In this document: positions 15,601-27,533 of the stretch, one piece after another
How the letters are laid out: every line of letters begins with the position of its first letter
Position numbering within the stretch: position 1 is the stretch's first letter
Source of the DNA: Eledone cirrhosa
Taxonomy: Eukaryota
NCBI GenBank assembly: GCA_964016885.1
Contig: OZ024752.1
Coordinates: 32,364,001-32,428,000, forward strand
Length of the DNA stretch: 64,000 nucleotides
Direction: 5' to 3'
Translations under genes and position numbers: made by a program
The notes under the pieces: model-generated
Told to the model about the DNA's origin: nothing
What the model saw: only the letters and a program-made list of their open reading frames with translations
Database searches by the model: none

Positions 15601-17400
15601 CTATATCCTTCCAAATGCTAACCACTTTACATGTAGTGGGAGTATAGTTTCTATAGCAGGACACCCTTCTTAACACTATACCCTTCCAAATGCTAACCAC
15701 TTTACAACATGTAGTGAGAGTATAGTTTCTATAGCTGGACACCCTTCTTAACACTATACCCTTCCAAATGCTAACCACTTTACAACATGTAGTGGGAGTA
15801 TAGTTTCTATAGCAGGACCCCCTTCTTAACACTATACCCTTCCAAATACTAACCACTTTACAACATGTAGTGCGAGTATAGTTTCTATAGCTGGACACCC
15901 ATCTTAACACTATACCCTTCCAAATGCTAACCACTTTACAACATGTAGTGGGAGTATAGTTTCTATAGCTGGACACCCTTCTTAACACTATACCCTTCCA
16001 AATACTAACCACTTTACAACATGTAGTGCGAGTATAGTTTCTATAGCTGGACACCCTTCTTAACACTATACCCTTCCAAATACTAACCACTTTACAACAT
16101 GTAGTGGGAGTATAGTTTCTATAGCTGGACACCCTTCTTAACACTATACCCTTCCAAATACTAACCACTTTACAACATGTAGTGCGAGTATAGTTTCTAT
16201 AGCTGGACACCCATCTTAACACTATACCCTTCCAAATGCTAACCACTTTACAACATGTAGTGGGAGTATAGTTTCTATAGCTGGACACCCTTCTTAACAC
16301 TATACCCTTCCAAATGCTAACCACTTTACAACATGTAGTGGGAGTATAGTTTCTATAGCAGGACCCCCTTCTTAACACTATACCCTTCCAAATACTAACC
16401 ACTTTACAACATGTAGTGCGAGTATAGTTTCTATAGCTGGACACCCATCTTAACACTATACCCTTCCAAATGCTAACCACTTTACAACATGTAGTGGGAG
16501 TATAGTTTCTATAGCAGGACACCCTTCTTAACACTATATCCTTCCAAATGCTAACCACTTTACAACATGTAGTGCGAGTATAGTTTCTATAGCAGGACAC
16601 CCTTCTTAACACTATATCCTTCCAAATGCTAACCACTTTACAACATGTAATGTGAGTATAGTTTCTACAGCAGGACACCCATCTTAACACTATATCCTTC
16701 CAAATGCAAACCACTTTACAACATGTAATGGGAGTATAGTTTCTATAGCTGGACACCCTTCTTAACACTATACCCTTCCAAATACTAACCACTTTACAAC
16801 ATGTAATGTGAGTATGATTTCTATAGCTGGACACCCTTCTTAACACTATACCCTTCCAAATACTAACCACTTTACAACATGTAATGGGAGTATAGTTTCT
16901 ATAGCTGGACACCCTTCTTAACACTATACCCTTCCAAATGCTAACCTCTTTACAACATGTAGTGGGAGTATGATTTCTATAGCTGGACACCCTTCTTAAC
17001 ACTATACCCTTCCAAATGCTAACCACTTTACAACATGTAGTGGGAGTATAGTTTCTATAGCAGGACACCCTTCTTAACACTATACCCTTCCAAATGCTAA
17101 CCACTTTACAACATGTAGTGGGAGTATAGTTTCTATAGCTGGACCCCCTTCTTAACACTATACCCTTCCAAATGCTAACCTCTTTACAACATGTAGTGGG
17201 AGTATGATTTCTATAGCTGGACACCCTTCTTAACACTATACCCTTCCAAATGCTAACCACTTTACAACATGTAGTGGGAGTATAGTTTCTATAGCTGGAC
17301 ACCCTTCTTAACACTATATCCTTCCAAATGCTAACCACTTTACAACATGTAATGGGAGTATAGTTTCTACATATACCTTTCCTAACTCTAACCACTTTAT
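3694..17400. repeat. 78-bp tandem satellite, about 170 units, with a 4068-bp higher-order duplication
   Basis: Unit ...ccttccaaatgctaaccactttacaacatgtagtgggagtatagtttctatagctggacacccttcttaacactata; variant patterns recur at +4068 (ORFs 8236/12304 and 9858/13926). Confidence 0.97.
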
Positions 17401-17548
17401 AGATTAGAATGTCACTCTAAAATTATCATAAAGTTTTTCTAGTAGAATGTAAATTGTACAACTGCCTGTTACAATGTATGGCTGATAGTTCAGAAACTTC
17501 ATTCCATAACACATCCATGTTTGATAAACCAAATATTTGAACTTTTAG

Positions 17549-17680
17549 GTTTCAATGGTCAAACCAGATCAGTTGGAAAACACTGCTTCTGACAGGACCG
17601 CCTGGAAGGAATGTTTGAGGAGTCTGCCCTCAAGACTCTCTCAGGAATAAGTGAGCAAAGAAGAAGAGACGGCTTCAAAG
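17549..17680 (+). mobile_element. RTE-like C-terminal fragment bounded by AG/GT
   Basis: KPDQLENTASDRTAWKECL resembles the RTE end; stops in all three frames. Confidence 0.4.
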
Positions 17681-17773
17681 GTAAAAAAATATAATTTTAT
17701 TGGATAACAGCTATTTCTTCTTTTTTTACTTTTGTTTTCGCATATTTTTGTCAGCACTGAATGAAATATTTAA

Positions 17774-17991
17774 CCCTTTAGCATTTACAATACTCTATAT
17801 TTACTATTGTATTTTCATAGTAAAGGCTTTACCTTACATGATTATCTCACATAATATCGAATCTACAAGATTTTGATATTTATTTGGGGAACAATACCTT
17901 AACATAAGTATGAGCAGTCGCTTAGGGCTGGTTTGAACAGAAAGAGGTGAGAGAATTGTGGCTGTATACAGCCGGTTTAAATGCTAAAGGG
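17774..17991. mobile_element. piggyBac-like MITE
   Basis: TTAA|ccctttagcattta ... taaatgctaaaggg|TTAA. Confidence 0.85.
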
Positions 17992-18204
17992 TTAAATAAA
18001 GTAAGGAACATTTCCCCATTTTACTTTGCATGATCATACATGATATACACCTTTCAAATTTACTGGCGGTGGGGAGCGTTGCATGTTCTTGAGATTAGAG
18101 GAACACAATACATTAGCTACAGGTGCATTGTTACCATTTTAGGAAATTACAGTTCACATGCATATCATCTTTCTAGCTTTTCATTCCTGCAGTGTCTAAA
18201 TAAT

Positions 18205-18425
18205 GATTTCTAGTATAGGCAACAGGCCGGTAATTTTTTTTGGGGGGGATGGAAAAGTCAATTAAATCAACCCCAGTACATTACTGGTACTTTATTTTAT
18301 CGACCCCCGTAAGGATGAAAGGCAAAGTCAACCTCGGCGGGATTTGAACTCAGACTGTAAAGGACCGTAACTCTATGCTGAAAAGCATGGTGTCCGACCC
18401 TTAAATGATACTGCCAATCCACTGC
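18205..18425 (-). mobile_element. tRNA-derived SINE
   Basis: cggcgggatttgaactcag and ggtactttattttatcgaccc. Confidence 0.85.
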
Positions 18426-18439
18426 CCTCGTGATGGTGT

Positions 18440-18745
18440 GAAGACACTACTAGTCTTAAACTGGGCTTAAGAAGAATCTGAGGTGGTGTTCAAAAAAAGA
18501 AGACTGTGTTGTTATGGACATGTGATATGTATGGATGATCATCACTGGGTGAAGAATTTCCAGGAAATCCCAGTGGAGGGAAGCTGCAATAGAGGAAGAT
18601 CAAGTAAGGCATGGGCAGAGCTGGTGCAAGCTAACCTCATATCACAGAGACTCACAAAGGAGATGACAAAGGAACGCGATGAGTGGAGAGATGTTGTGCT
18701 GAAAAGGACCCATCCAACCCATGCAATTGGGGGAAACTGGATGAT
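18440..18745 (+). mobile_element. RTE-clade LINE 3' fragment
   Basis: RRLCCYGHV...QEIPVEG; homologous to 1141-1413. Confidence 0.75.
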
Positions 18746-18775
18746 ATATATATATATTTAATAAACATTCCATAT

Positions 18776-18842
18776 TTAATCTTTCTGACGACTGAAGACA
18801 GATATAAATATGTCTTCAAGAAACCACTGGTAAATGAATTAA
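18776..18842 (+). ncRNA. Type I hammerhead ribozyme
   Basis: CTGACGA c TGAAGACA...TGTCTTCA a GAAA CCA c TGG TA; imperfect stem I ttaatcttt/aatgaattaa. Confidence 0.7.
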
Positions 18843-19084
18843 TTATCTTACGTTGTTTATTACATAACTATATATATATATATATACCATATTTCCCAGC
18901 ATCGAAGATGCTACTTTTTTCTTAAAATAAGTCTCAAAAGTCTATCATGCATACTGGAGGCCAAAGGTTGTTTATTAATTTTTTTATAATTTTTTGGTTG
19001 TTAAAATTAGGGCGCATCTTTGAGGACGAAGCATCTTCGGCACCGGGAAATATGGTTATATATATATATATCATTTCATCATTT

Positions 19085-19650
19085 CATCTTCATTTCATTT
19101 TACATCCGCTTTTCCCTGCTTGCAAGGGTGGGACAGGAACTGATTCTGGCTTGATTTCTACAGCTGGATGCCCTTCCTAACACCAACCTCATTTACAGTG
19201 AGTGCTGGGTGCTTTTTTGCCGTGGCACCTCCACGACCACTTTGCAGTGGAATGATAGGGACCCCAGTCCCTATCATCTTATTTCTACAGCTGAGTAAAC
19301 TGGAGCAATGTGAAATAAAGTGTCTTGCTCAAGGAAACAACACATCACCCGGTCTGAGTGATGTGTTGTTTCCTTGAGCAAGACACACACACATATATAT
19401 ATATATATATCACGACAAAAAAACACACAGTCCACGCTGTAATGTGGCCGTGTAGGCAACACGGTAAAAACCTCCCAGACCCACACTGTAAATGTGGTAG
19501 GTGTTAGGAAAGGCATCCAACTGTAGAAAACCTGCCAGACAGTCCTATACGAGCAAGACAATCACTCTTGCCTCAAGTGGGACTACCCCCGTCCAAACCC
19601 ATGCAAGCGTGGAACACGGACGTTAAGCGTTGATGATGATGATGATGATA
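19085..19650. mobile_element. Two divergent RTE-tailed SINE pieces with a fold-back hairpin (19320-19386) at the end of the first
   Basis: Minus copy matches 21050-21388; plus copy ends in (GAT)n; gtgtcttgctcaaggaaacaacacatcac is repeated inverted. Confidence 0.8.
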
Positions 19651-19667
19651 TATATATACACACACAC

Positions 19668-20082
19668 ACTGTGTACCCCTGGCATTCGCAGTCCTGGTTA
19701 TTTGCGGAATTTTTCTTAGAATCTAACCAATAATTGTTTGTGGAAACCACCACATATTTTCATGGCTTTTCATGGCTTCTTTCGTGGCAATATATATATA
19801 TTATTAAAGGTTAACTTTGCCTTTCATCCTTACGGGGTCGATAAAATAATGTACCAGTAATGCACTGGGTAATTGCTGGCCTTGTGCCAAATGTAGAAAC
19901 AATATATATATGTTTTAGTGCTACATTATTAACAATATACAGTATTTGCTGGCCTATTATATTTTACTTTATATTTTGACGTTTATAGGCATCTTTATGG
20001 ACTACGTCCAATATTTCGGGTTTTCACTCTTTGCGGGTGCTCTAGGAACATAACCCCTGTGAATACTGGGGGACAAACATTG
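19668..20082. mobile_element. Tigger/pogo-like MITE interrupted by a SINE fragment (about 19805-19905)
   Basis: Degenerate TIRs cactgtgtacccctggcattcgcag / ctgtgaatactgggggacaaacattg. Confidence 0.55.
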
Positions 20083-20653
20083 TTCGTTGGAGGAACATAA
20101 CCCCTGTGAATACTGGGGGACAAACATTGTTCGTTGGAGGAACATAACCCCTGTGAATACTGGGGGACAAACATTGTTCATTGGAGGAACATAGCCCCTG
20201 TGAATACTGGGGGACAAACATTGTTCGTTGGAGGAACATAGCCCCTGTGAATACTGGGGGACAAACATTGTTCGTTGGAGGAACATAGCCCCTGTGAATA
20301 CTGGGGGACAAACATTGTTCGTTGGAGGAACATAACCCCTGTGAATACTGGGGGACAAACATTGTTCGTTGGAGGAACATAACCCCTGTGAATACTGGGG
20401 GACAAACATTGTTCGTTGGAGGAACATAACCCCTGTGAATACTGGGGGACAAACATTGTTCGTTGGAGGAACATAACCCCTGTGAATACTGGGGGACAAA
20501 CATTGTTCGTTGGAGGAACATAACCCCTGTGAATACTGGGGGACAAACATTGTTCGTTGGAGGAACATAGCCCCTGTGAATACTGGGGGACAAACATTGT
20601 TCGTTGGAGGAACATAACCCCTGTGAATACTGGGGGACAAACATTGTTCGTTG
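20045..20653. repeat. 47-bp minisatellite, about 13 copies
   Basis: Unit aacataacccctgtgaatactgggggacaaacattgttcgttggagg. Confidence 0.97.
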
Positions 20654-21049
20654 GCTGCCTTCTTAGCGGTCGCATTTTGTGTGTTCACACCGGTTTGGGG
20701 CAGAACGGAATCCCTGTTGATGAAATGAATCCTCTGTTTGATCATGGAATACCACGAGCGTGCCTGTTACGTAAGTTGGATAACTGATTTCGGATTCATA
20801 GAAACACTTTAGACGTATATCGTTTGATTTGTCCAGGTGTATCTTTTAACCTGTTAGTTCTTTCGTTACTTTGGTATTGTGTGGTTGGGTTTTGCCTACC
20901 GCAATGTTCAATTTGTCAAGCTATTTAAACGTATGTTATTACTCTAAGGACCTACCTACCCTTATTGAGTGCTTTGCTAACTCATTCCTATTGTAGGTTT
21001 ACTTTGCTTGCCCACAGCCAAAGCTTCGATTTTACTAAGCTTCGACTTG

Positions 21050-21388
21050 TATCATCATCATCATTTTACGTCCGCTTTTCCCTGCTTGCAAGGGTGGGAC
21101 GGGAACTGATTCTGGCTTGATTTCTACAGCTGGATGCCTTTCCTAACACCAACCTCATTTACAGTGAGTGCTGGGTGCTTTTTTGCCGTGGCACCTCCAC
21201 GACCACTTTACAGTGGAATGATAGGGACCTCAGTCCCTATCATCTCATTTCTACAGCTGAGTAAACTGGAGCAATGTGAAATAAAGTGTCTTGCTCAAGG
21301 AAACAACACATCACCCGGTCTGAGAATTGAACTCACAACCTTTCGATTGCAAGTCCAATGCTCTAACCACTAAGCCATGTGCCTCCAT
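21050..21388 (-). mobile_element. Full-length tRNA-headed SINE with RTE-like (GAT)n tail
   Basis: Minus strand head tggcttagtggttagagc...gagttcaattc; tail gatgatgat. Confidence 0.85.
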
Positions 21389-21524
21389 GTGTATATATAT
21401 ATATATACACACACATACACACAAACAATATACATGCACTATGTATTATATATATGTCTATAAATGTGTATATATATATATATATATAAATACACACACA
21501 CACAATATATATATTGTATGTGTG

Positions 21525-21578
<54 letters not shown>

Positions 21579-21588
21579 CACACACACA

Positions 21589-21621
<33 letters not shown>

Positions 21622-21678
21622 CATACACACAAACAATATACATGCACTATGTATTATATATATGTCTATAAATCTGTG

Positions 21679-21729
<51 letters not shown>

Positions 21730-21783
21730 GGAAAAAATGAAACGAAATTTCATTTCCCACTCTTAGTACGGCTGTTACTTAAA

Positions 21784-22125
21784 TATAAGTATGTACACGT
21801 ACATACATATATGTATACAGACGTACAGTAGTATGTATATACATACATGCACACATATATATATGTACGTATGGATTCAGCAAACATTTATTATAATGCT
21901 CGGTGTGTTTGTAAACAAACATCCCGTATTAAGCCGTAGTGTCCAACGATGGTTGCTGGACACTACGGCTTAATACGGGATGTTTGTTTACAAACACACC
22001 GAGCATTATAATAAATGTTTGCTGAATCCATACGTACATATATATATGTGTGCATGTATGTATATACATATACGTACTACTGTACGTCTGTATACATATA
22101 TGTATGTACGTGTACATACTTATAT
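21784..22125. repeat. Long palindrome (about 160-bp arms) of a dispersed repeat also present at 34005-34325
   Basis: Arms centred on gtgtccaacgatggttgctggacac. Confidence 0.9.
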
Positions 22126-22244
22126 ATATATATATAGATATATAAATACACACACACACTCAATATATATATATACACACATATACACACCAACAATATA
22201 CATGCACTGTATTATATATATGTCTATAAATATGTATATATATA

Positions 22245-22366
22245 TATAAAGAAAAAGAGATGAAATCGAAAATGCAACTGGAGTCTTATTTTTTTTTTAA
22301 ATATATATATTTTAAAAAAAAATAAGACTCCAGTTGCATTTTCGATTTCATCTCTTTTTCTTTATA
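22245..22366. repeat. Palindrome centred on a TA run
   Basis: aaagaaaaagagatgaaatcgaaaatgcaactggagtcttatt and its exact reverse complement. Confidence 0.9.
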
Positions 22367-22503
22367 CTTTCACTCGTGTAGGACACCTCGGTTATTTTTC
22401 AATTTGTAAAAAAAACCTCACTTTCTAATATATATATATATATATATATACATACACACACACACACAATATATATATATGTATATATATATATTGTGTG
22501 TAA

Positions 22504-22542
<39 letters not shown>

Positions 22543-22644
22543 TGTGTATGTTTGTTTATATAACGAGAGGTTTGGAAGACATCATCATAAAATATTTTCA
22601 TCACTTGTCTTCGGCCAGCATCAGAAAAGTATGTTCCGATAATA

Positions 22645-22830
22645 ATTGTTTCTACTTTAGGCACAAGGCCAGCAATTACCCAGTGCATTACTGGTACTTT
22701 ATTTTATCGACCCCGGAAGGATGAAAGGCAAAGTTAACCTCGGCGGGATTTGAACTCAGAATGGCAAGGGCCGTAACTCTATGCGCCAAAGCATGGCATC
22801 CGACACTCTACCAATACTGCCAATCCACCG
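22645..22830 (-). mobile_element. tRNA-derived SINE
   Basis: Same family as 483-675. Confidence 0.85.
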
Positions 22831-23039
22831 ATAATAATGATGTTATGTTTATAAAGATATTGATTTTTGAGATGGTTACAATGTCATAGATTTATAGGAA
22901 GCATTATCATTGATTAATTATGAAGTACCAGTAAATTACTGGTACTTCATTTCATCAACTTAATAAGTAATGAAAGATCTATAGATTTCATCTTGGTAGA
23001 AGACCCACATTGAAGTATTTCGGGAGGTGACATTTGTTT

Positions 23040-23710
23040 GATTATATTGATGATGATGATATTGAGGGTGATAATACTGATGATGATGTTGATGTTGATA
23101 TTGGCGATGATGATGTTGATGATATTGATGATATTGATGATGATGATGGTGGTGGTATTGATGATGGTGGTGGTGATGGTGGTGGTGATGGTGGTGGTGA
23201 TGGTGGTGGTGATGGTGGTGATGGTGGTGGTGGTATTGATGCTGATGATGACGATGGTGGTGGTGGTATTGATGATGATGATGGTGGTGGTGGTGGTATT
23301 GATGATGGTGGTGGTGGTGGTGGTGGTGGTATTGATGCTGATGATGACGACGGTGGTGGTGGTATTGATGAAGATGATGGTGGTGGTGGTGGTGGTGGTG
23401 GTGGTGATGGTGATGGTGGTGGTGGTGGTATTGATGCTGATGATGACGATGGTGGTGGTGGTATTGATGAAGATGATGGTGGTGATGGTAGTGATGATGG
23501 TGGTGGTGATGGTAGTGATGGTGGTGGTGGTGGTGGTGGTATTGATGATGGTGGTGGTGATGGTGGTGGTGATGGTGGTGGTGGTATTGATGCTGATGAT
23601 GACGATGGTGGTGGTGGTATTGATGATGGTGGTGGTGGTGGTATTGATGCTGATGATGACGATGGTGGTGGTGGTGGTATTGATGATAACAATGATGATG
23701 ATGATGGTGT
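23040..23710. repeat. (GAT/GGT)n trinucleotide repeat
   Basis: Direct reading. Confidence 0.95.
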
Positions 23711-23924
23711 AAAAGTAATAAACAGTGAGGTGTGTTTTTTCCGAAAGACATTTCAGTTGAAGCCAGAGCTTCATGATTAGATCTGGCACAAGGCCAGCAA
23801 TTACCCCAGTGTATTACTGGTACTTTATTTTATCGACCCCCGTAAGGATGAAAAATTAGGAAAATAATACTAAATACACTTAGTTAAAAGAGTTTGGAAT
23901 GAAAGAATATATTATATTATAGAG

Positions 23925-24240
23925 CAAGGGCCTTGTTTCAGAGGTTTACGAGGGGACAAGCCACCCCCCCCCCCCCACACACACACACACATGCACACAC
24001 TTTTTCAAAATGGGGGTCAAACCAACTTTTGTTTTTTGTTTATTTGATATAATAAATTCTTTTTAAGCTTATTTTTTTTATATCTGAACTTCATTTGAAT
24101 ATATAAAATTTAATTAGAGTAAAATTTTATTTATGTGATAGGGTCCAGGAAAGGCACCATAAGCAATATAACATGCTCCTTTAAGAATCAACAAATGTTG
24201 GTTTGTGCCCCTCACATTTTTAAGGCAAACAAGGTCCCTG
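23925..24240. mobile_element. hAT-like MITE
   Basis: 8-bp TSD TTATAGAG (23917-23924 and 24241-24248); TIRs caagggccttgttt / aaacaaggtccctg. Confidence 0.85.
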
Positions 24241-24367
24241 TTATAGAGTGTGAAAGAGAATGGTTAGAGCCAGGAGCAAACCGTACCAAGTCTAGTAATA
24301 ACAATGTCAGCTAATAAATCTGTCAAAACACAACTGGAGTAAATTGTTAGAAGAAAAAAAGATATAT

Positions 24368-24445
24368 ACAGGGTGTCCCCCCAAAAATGTATACATACTT
24401 TGATTAGAATGCTGTTGAAGTGTGTATACATTTTTGGGGACACCC

Positions 24446-24447
<2 letters not shown>
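24368..24447. mobile_element. Tc1/mariner-type mini-MITE
   Basis: TA|cagggtgtcccc...aaaatgtatac ... gtatacatttttggggacaccctg|TA. Confidence 0.85.
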
Positions 24448-24489
<42 letters not shown>

Positions 24490-24492
<3 letters not shown>

Positions 24493-24740
24493 CATCATCA
24501 TCATCGTTTAATGTCCATCTTCCACGCTAGCATGGGTTTGGACGGGAATTTTCCCACTTGAGGCAAGATTGGTTGTCTTGCTCGTATAGGACTGTCTGGC
24601 GGGTTTTCTACGGCTGGATGCCCTTCTTAACACCAACCACGTTAACAGTGTGGAACTGGGAGGTTTTTACCGTGTTACCTACACGGCCACATTACAGCGT
24701 GGACTGTGTGTTTTTTTTTCGTGACACCTACACGACCTGT
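24490..24740 (-). mobile_element. RTE-tailed SINE
   Basis: (CAT)n followed by ggctggatgcccttcttaacacc; matches 19415-19650. Confidence 0.8.
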
Positions 24741-24932
24741 ATATACCTTACTGTACCAAGGATTTCACACATTTTCCAATATATATATATATATATGTGT
24801 GTGTATGTATATAAGCAGAAGGGATATTTAATTTGTTGGTTATTCAACAAATATAAAGGACTATCCAATGATAACTTGAATCGTTAAGGTGTATTCTCCT
24901 TGGTTATGTCAAAATTTATATAACACACTTAC

Positions 24933-24994
24933 TATTTTATCTGATGATAGCGTACCAACATTTTTGGTACCCTTGAAATATATATAACAGAATA
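24933..24994 (+). ncRNA. Type I hammerhead ribozyme (family B)
   Basis: tattttat CTGATGA, stem II gtaccaa/ttggtac, GAAA TATATA TA acagaata. Confidence 0.75.
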
Positions 24995-25376
24995 AATATG
25001 GTTTTATAAATATAGTTTCCATTTATTTAATATCATTGTATATATATATATAGAGAGAGAGAAAGATTTGAATGGATACAGTTTAGTTGAAAGGAGTTTA
25101 TTGACACGTGTTTCTATAACAGTTACATAACCTGAAAACAGCTGCTATCTAAAAAGTATTAGTTATGTAGACATTCAATATTTCAATGTTATTATTTACT
25201 GTCATTTCATCAGAATAATATTACTGAGGACCTGTTTGGTTTTTATAGAGAATATTAGGAGAGAGGGGTGAAGTTGTTAGAAGAATAGTTGAGGGAGTGG
25301 TTTTTTGATAGCAGTGAGAATTTTTGGTGGCAGTGAGTAATTAGATTCCCATCTGTTGTTTTGACATTTTTATAGA

Positions 25377-25439
<63 letters not shown>

Positions 25440-25724
25440 ATAATAGTATGAAGAGTAAAATCCAAGAGGGCTCGATAAGGATAAATATATATCAAATATA
25501 TAAGAACCCTAGAACAAATATTTAGGGTGAAAGCAGCGATTCTTTGCTTAAACTTTAATCTGTTATTTTAATATATATATATATATATATACATGGAAAG
25601 TTATATTTAAATTGTTGGGTTAACAACGAGTAAATATTTATAACTGATATAAAAGCACTCAACAAGTATTTGGAGTATATTTATGATATTAAATAAATGG
25701 AAACTATATTTATAAAACCATATT

Positions 25725-25790
25725 TATTTCGTTATATATATTTCAGGGATATCATATTAACAATATGTTATGCCATCTTCAGACAAAATA
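25725..25790 (-). ncRNA. Type I hammerhead ribozyme (family B) in palindrome 25683-26037
   Basis: tattttgt CTGAAGA ...catatt/aatatg... GAAA TATATA TA acgaaata; 8-bp stem I. Confidence 0.8.
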
Positions 25791-26032
25791 CAATATAAAC
25801 AGTCTTATAAATAAATAGATACGACATACCTTTCAATCACCTTGCATTTGGTAGGTTGATTTGGACTGCCAAATCAACCTACCAAATGCAAGGTGATTGA
25901 AAGGTATGTCGTATCTATTTATTTATAAGACTGTTTATATTGTTATACTGTTTATATTGTTAATATGATATCCCTGAAATATATATAACGAAATAAATAT
26001 GGTTTTATAAATATAGTTTCCATTTATTTAAT

Positions 26033-26073
<41 letters not shown>

Positions 26074-26076
<3 letters not shown>

Positions 26077-26174
26077 AACCAGTAAGACCCCGACGGCTGA
26101 GCTCAAGCCGTTTCGACGGAGAATTAGCCGTTGAAACGGCTTGAGCTCAGCCGTCGGGGTCTTACTGGTTCCTA
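26074..26174. repeat. Palindrome made of hammerhead-like 3' halves (also 35719-35834; single arm at 41672-41731)
   Basis: GAAA CGGCT tgagctc AGCCG TC ggggtc on both strands; no CUGANGA. Confidence 0.75.
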
Positions 26175-26251
26175 TTACCCACTCTACTACCCTAAGTATT
26201 GAGTACTTTGGTGCGTTATGGTCCACCTGGTTCCTTACCACATTTCCTTTG

Positions 26252-26291
<40 letters not shown>

Positions 26292-26298
<7 letters not shown>

Positions 26299-26424
26299 GA
26301 AGACAGCATATATATGTGAAGGTATGTATATTCTCTCTGATAGTTTGTATAATTTTGTACATAGATCTTTTGAATATGCATACCAATTCTAACACATATA
26401 TGTCCTAGAAACGATCGTAAAATA
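26292..26424 (+). ncRNA. Type I hammerhead ribozyme with about 100-nt stem II (family K)
   Basis: tattt CTGAAGA ... catatatatgtg/cacatatatg and ggtatgtatattc/gaatatgcatacc ... GAAA CGATCG TA aaata. Confidence 0.75.
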
Positions 26425-26658
26425 ATGAAATTTTTTTGTTTAATATAAGGAACTGTTTCTTTGTTTATTCATTATTTTTTTAATAATTTATATATTATAT
26501 ATATATATATATTATAGAGAGAGGGGAGAGGAGAGAGCAGGTGGGGGAGAGGCAGGTGAATGGATAAAAAGGAAGTAGCAAAAGAAAAAAGCAAGAGAAC
26601 GATGTCGACATGCTCACACACACATATATATATATATACACATACATACACACATACA

Positions 26659-26690
<32 letters not shown>

Positions 26691-26813
26691 CACATGCATA
26701 CATACATACACACACACACATACACACACACACATACATATACATATGTACACACACACATATATATATATGTACACACACACATATATGTACATACATA
26801 CACACATATATGT

Positions 26814-26845
<32 letters not shown>

Positions 26846-26939
26846 GTACATACATACACACACAATATATGTACACACACACATATGTACATACATACAC
26901 ACACATATATATATGTACACACACACACACATATATATG

Positions 26940-26972
<33 letters not shown>

Positions 26973-27066
26973 GTACATACATACACACACAATATATGTA
27001 CACACACACATATGTACATACATACACACACATATATATATGTACACACACACACACATATATATG

Positions 27067-27099
<33 letters not shown>

Positions 27100-27533
27100 G
27101 TACATACATACACACACATATATATATATATATACATACATACACACACATATATATACATACATACACACACATATATAGATAGATATATATACATGTA
27201 CATACATACAGACACACACACACACATATAGATAACTAGAGGAGAGATGGGGATTCAATTTAAGACAATAAAAAAAGAGAAAGGAAGATGGAGGGGGGGG
27301 GGGGGGGGGGTCAGAAGAGAAGAAGAAATAGACAAGAAAAACAACAACGAAAACAACAAAAGTAAACAAAGATAAATAAAATACTAAAAAATAATTTTAA
27401 AAATAATTGTTTCTACTTTTGGCACAAGGTCAGCAATAGACCGCAGTACATTACTGGTACTTTATTTTATCGTACCAGTAATGTACTGGATATTTGCTGG
27501 CCTTGTGCCAAAAGTAGAAAACAATTATTTTAT

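Noticed and set aside
3919-17395. Long ORFs with a 26-aa repeat (RRVSSYRNYTPTTCCKVVSIWKDIVL)
   Set aside because: A by-product of a 78-bp (3n) satellite; frameshifts and stops are tolerated and the unit is SINE-derived.
21310-21388. tRNA gene
   Set aside because: The tRNA-like head is continuous with a SINE body and tail; no intact cloverleaf is evident.
22947-23789. His-, Thr-, Gly/Asp- or Pro-rich ORFs
   Set aside because: Trinucleotide repeat open in five frames, with no unique coding context.
25170-25219. Additional minus-strand hammerhead (CTGATGA aatg...catt GAAA tatt g aatg TC)
   Set aside because: Core and stems II and III are plausible, but stem I does not pair next to the cleavage site; left uncalled.
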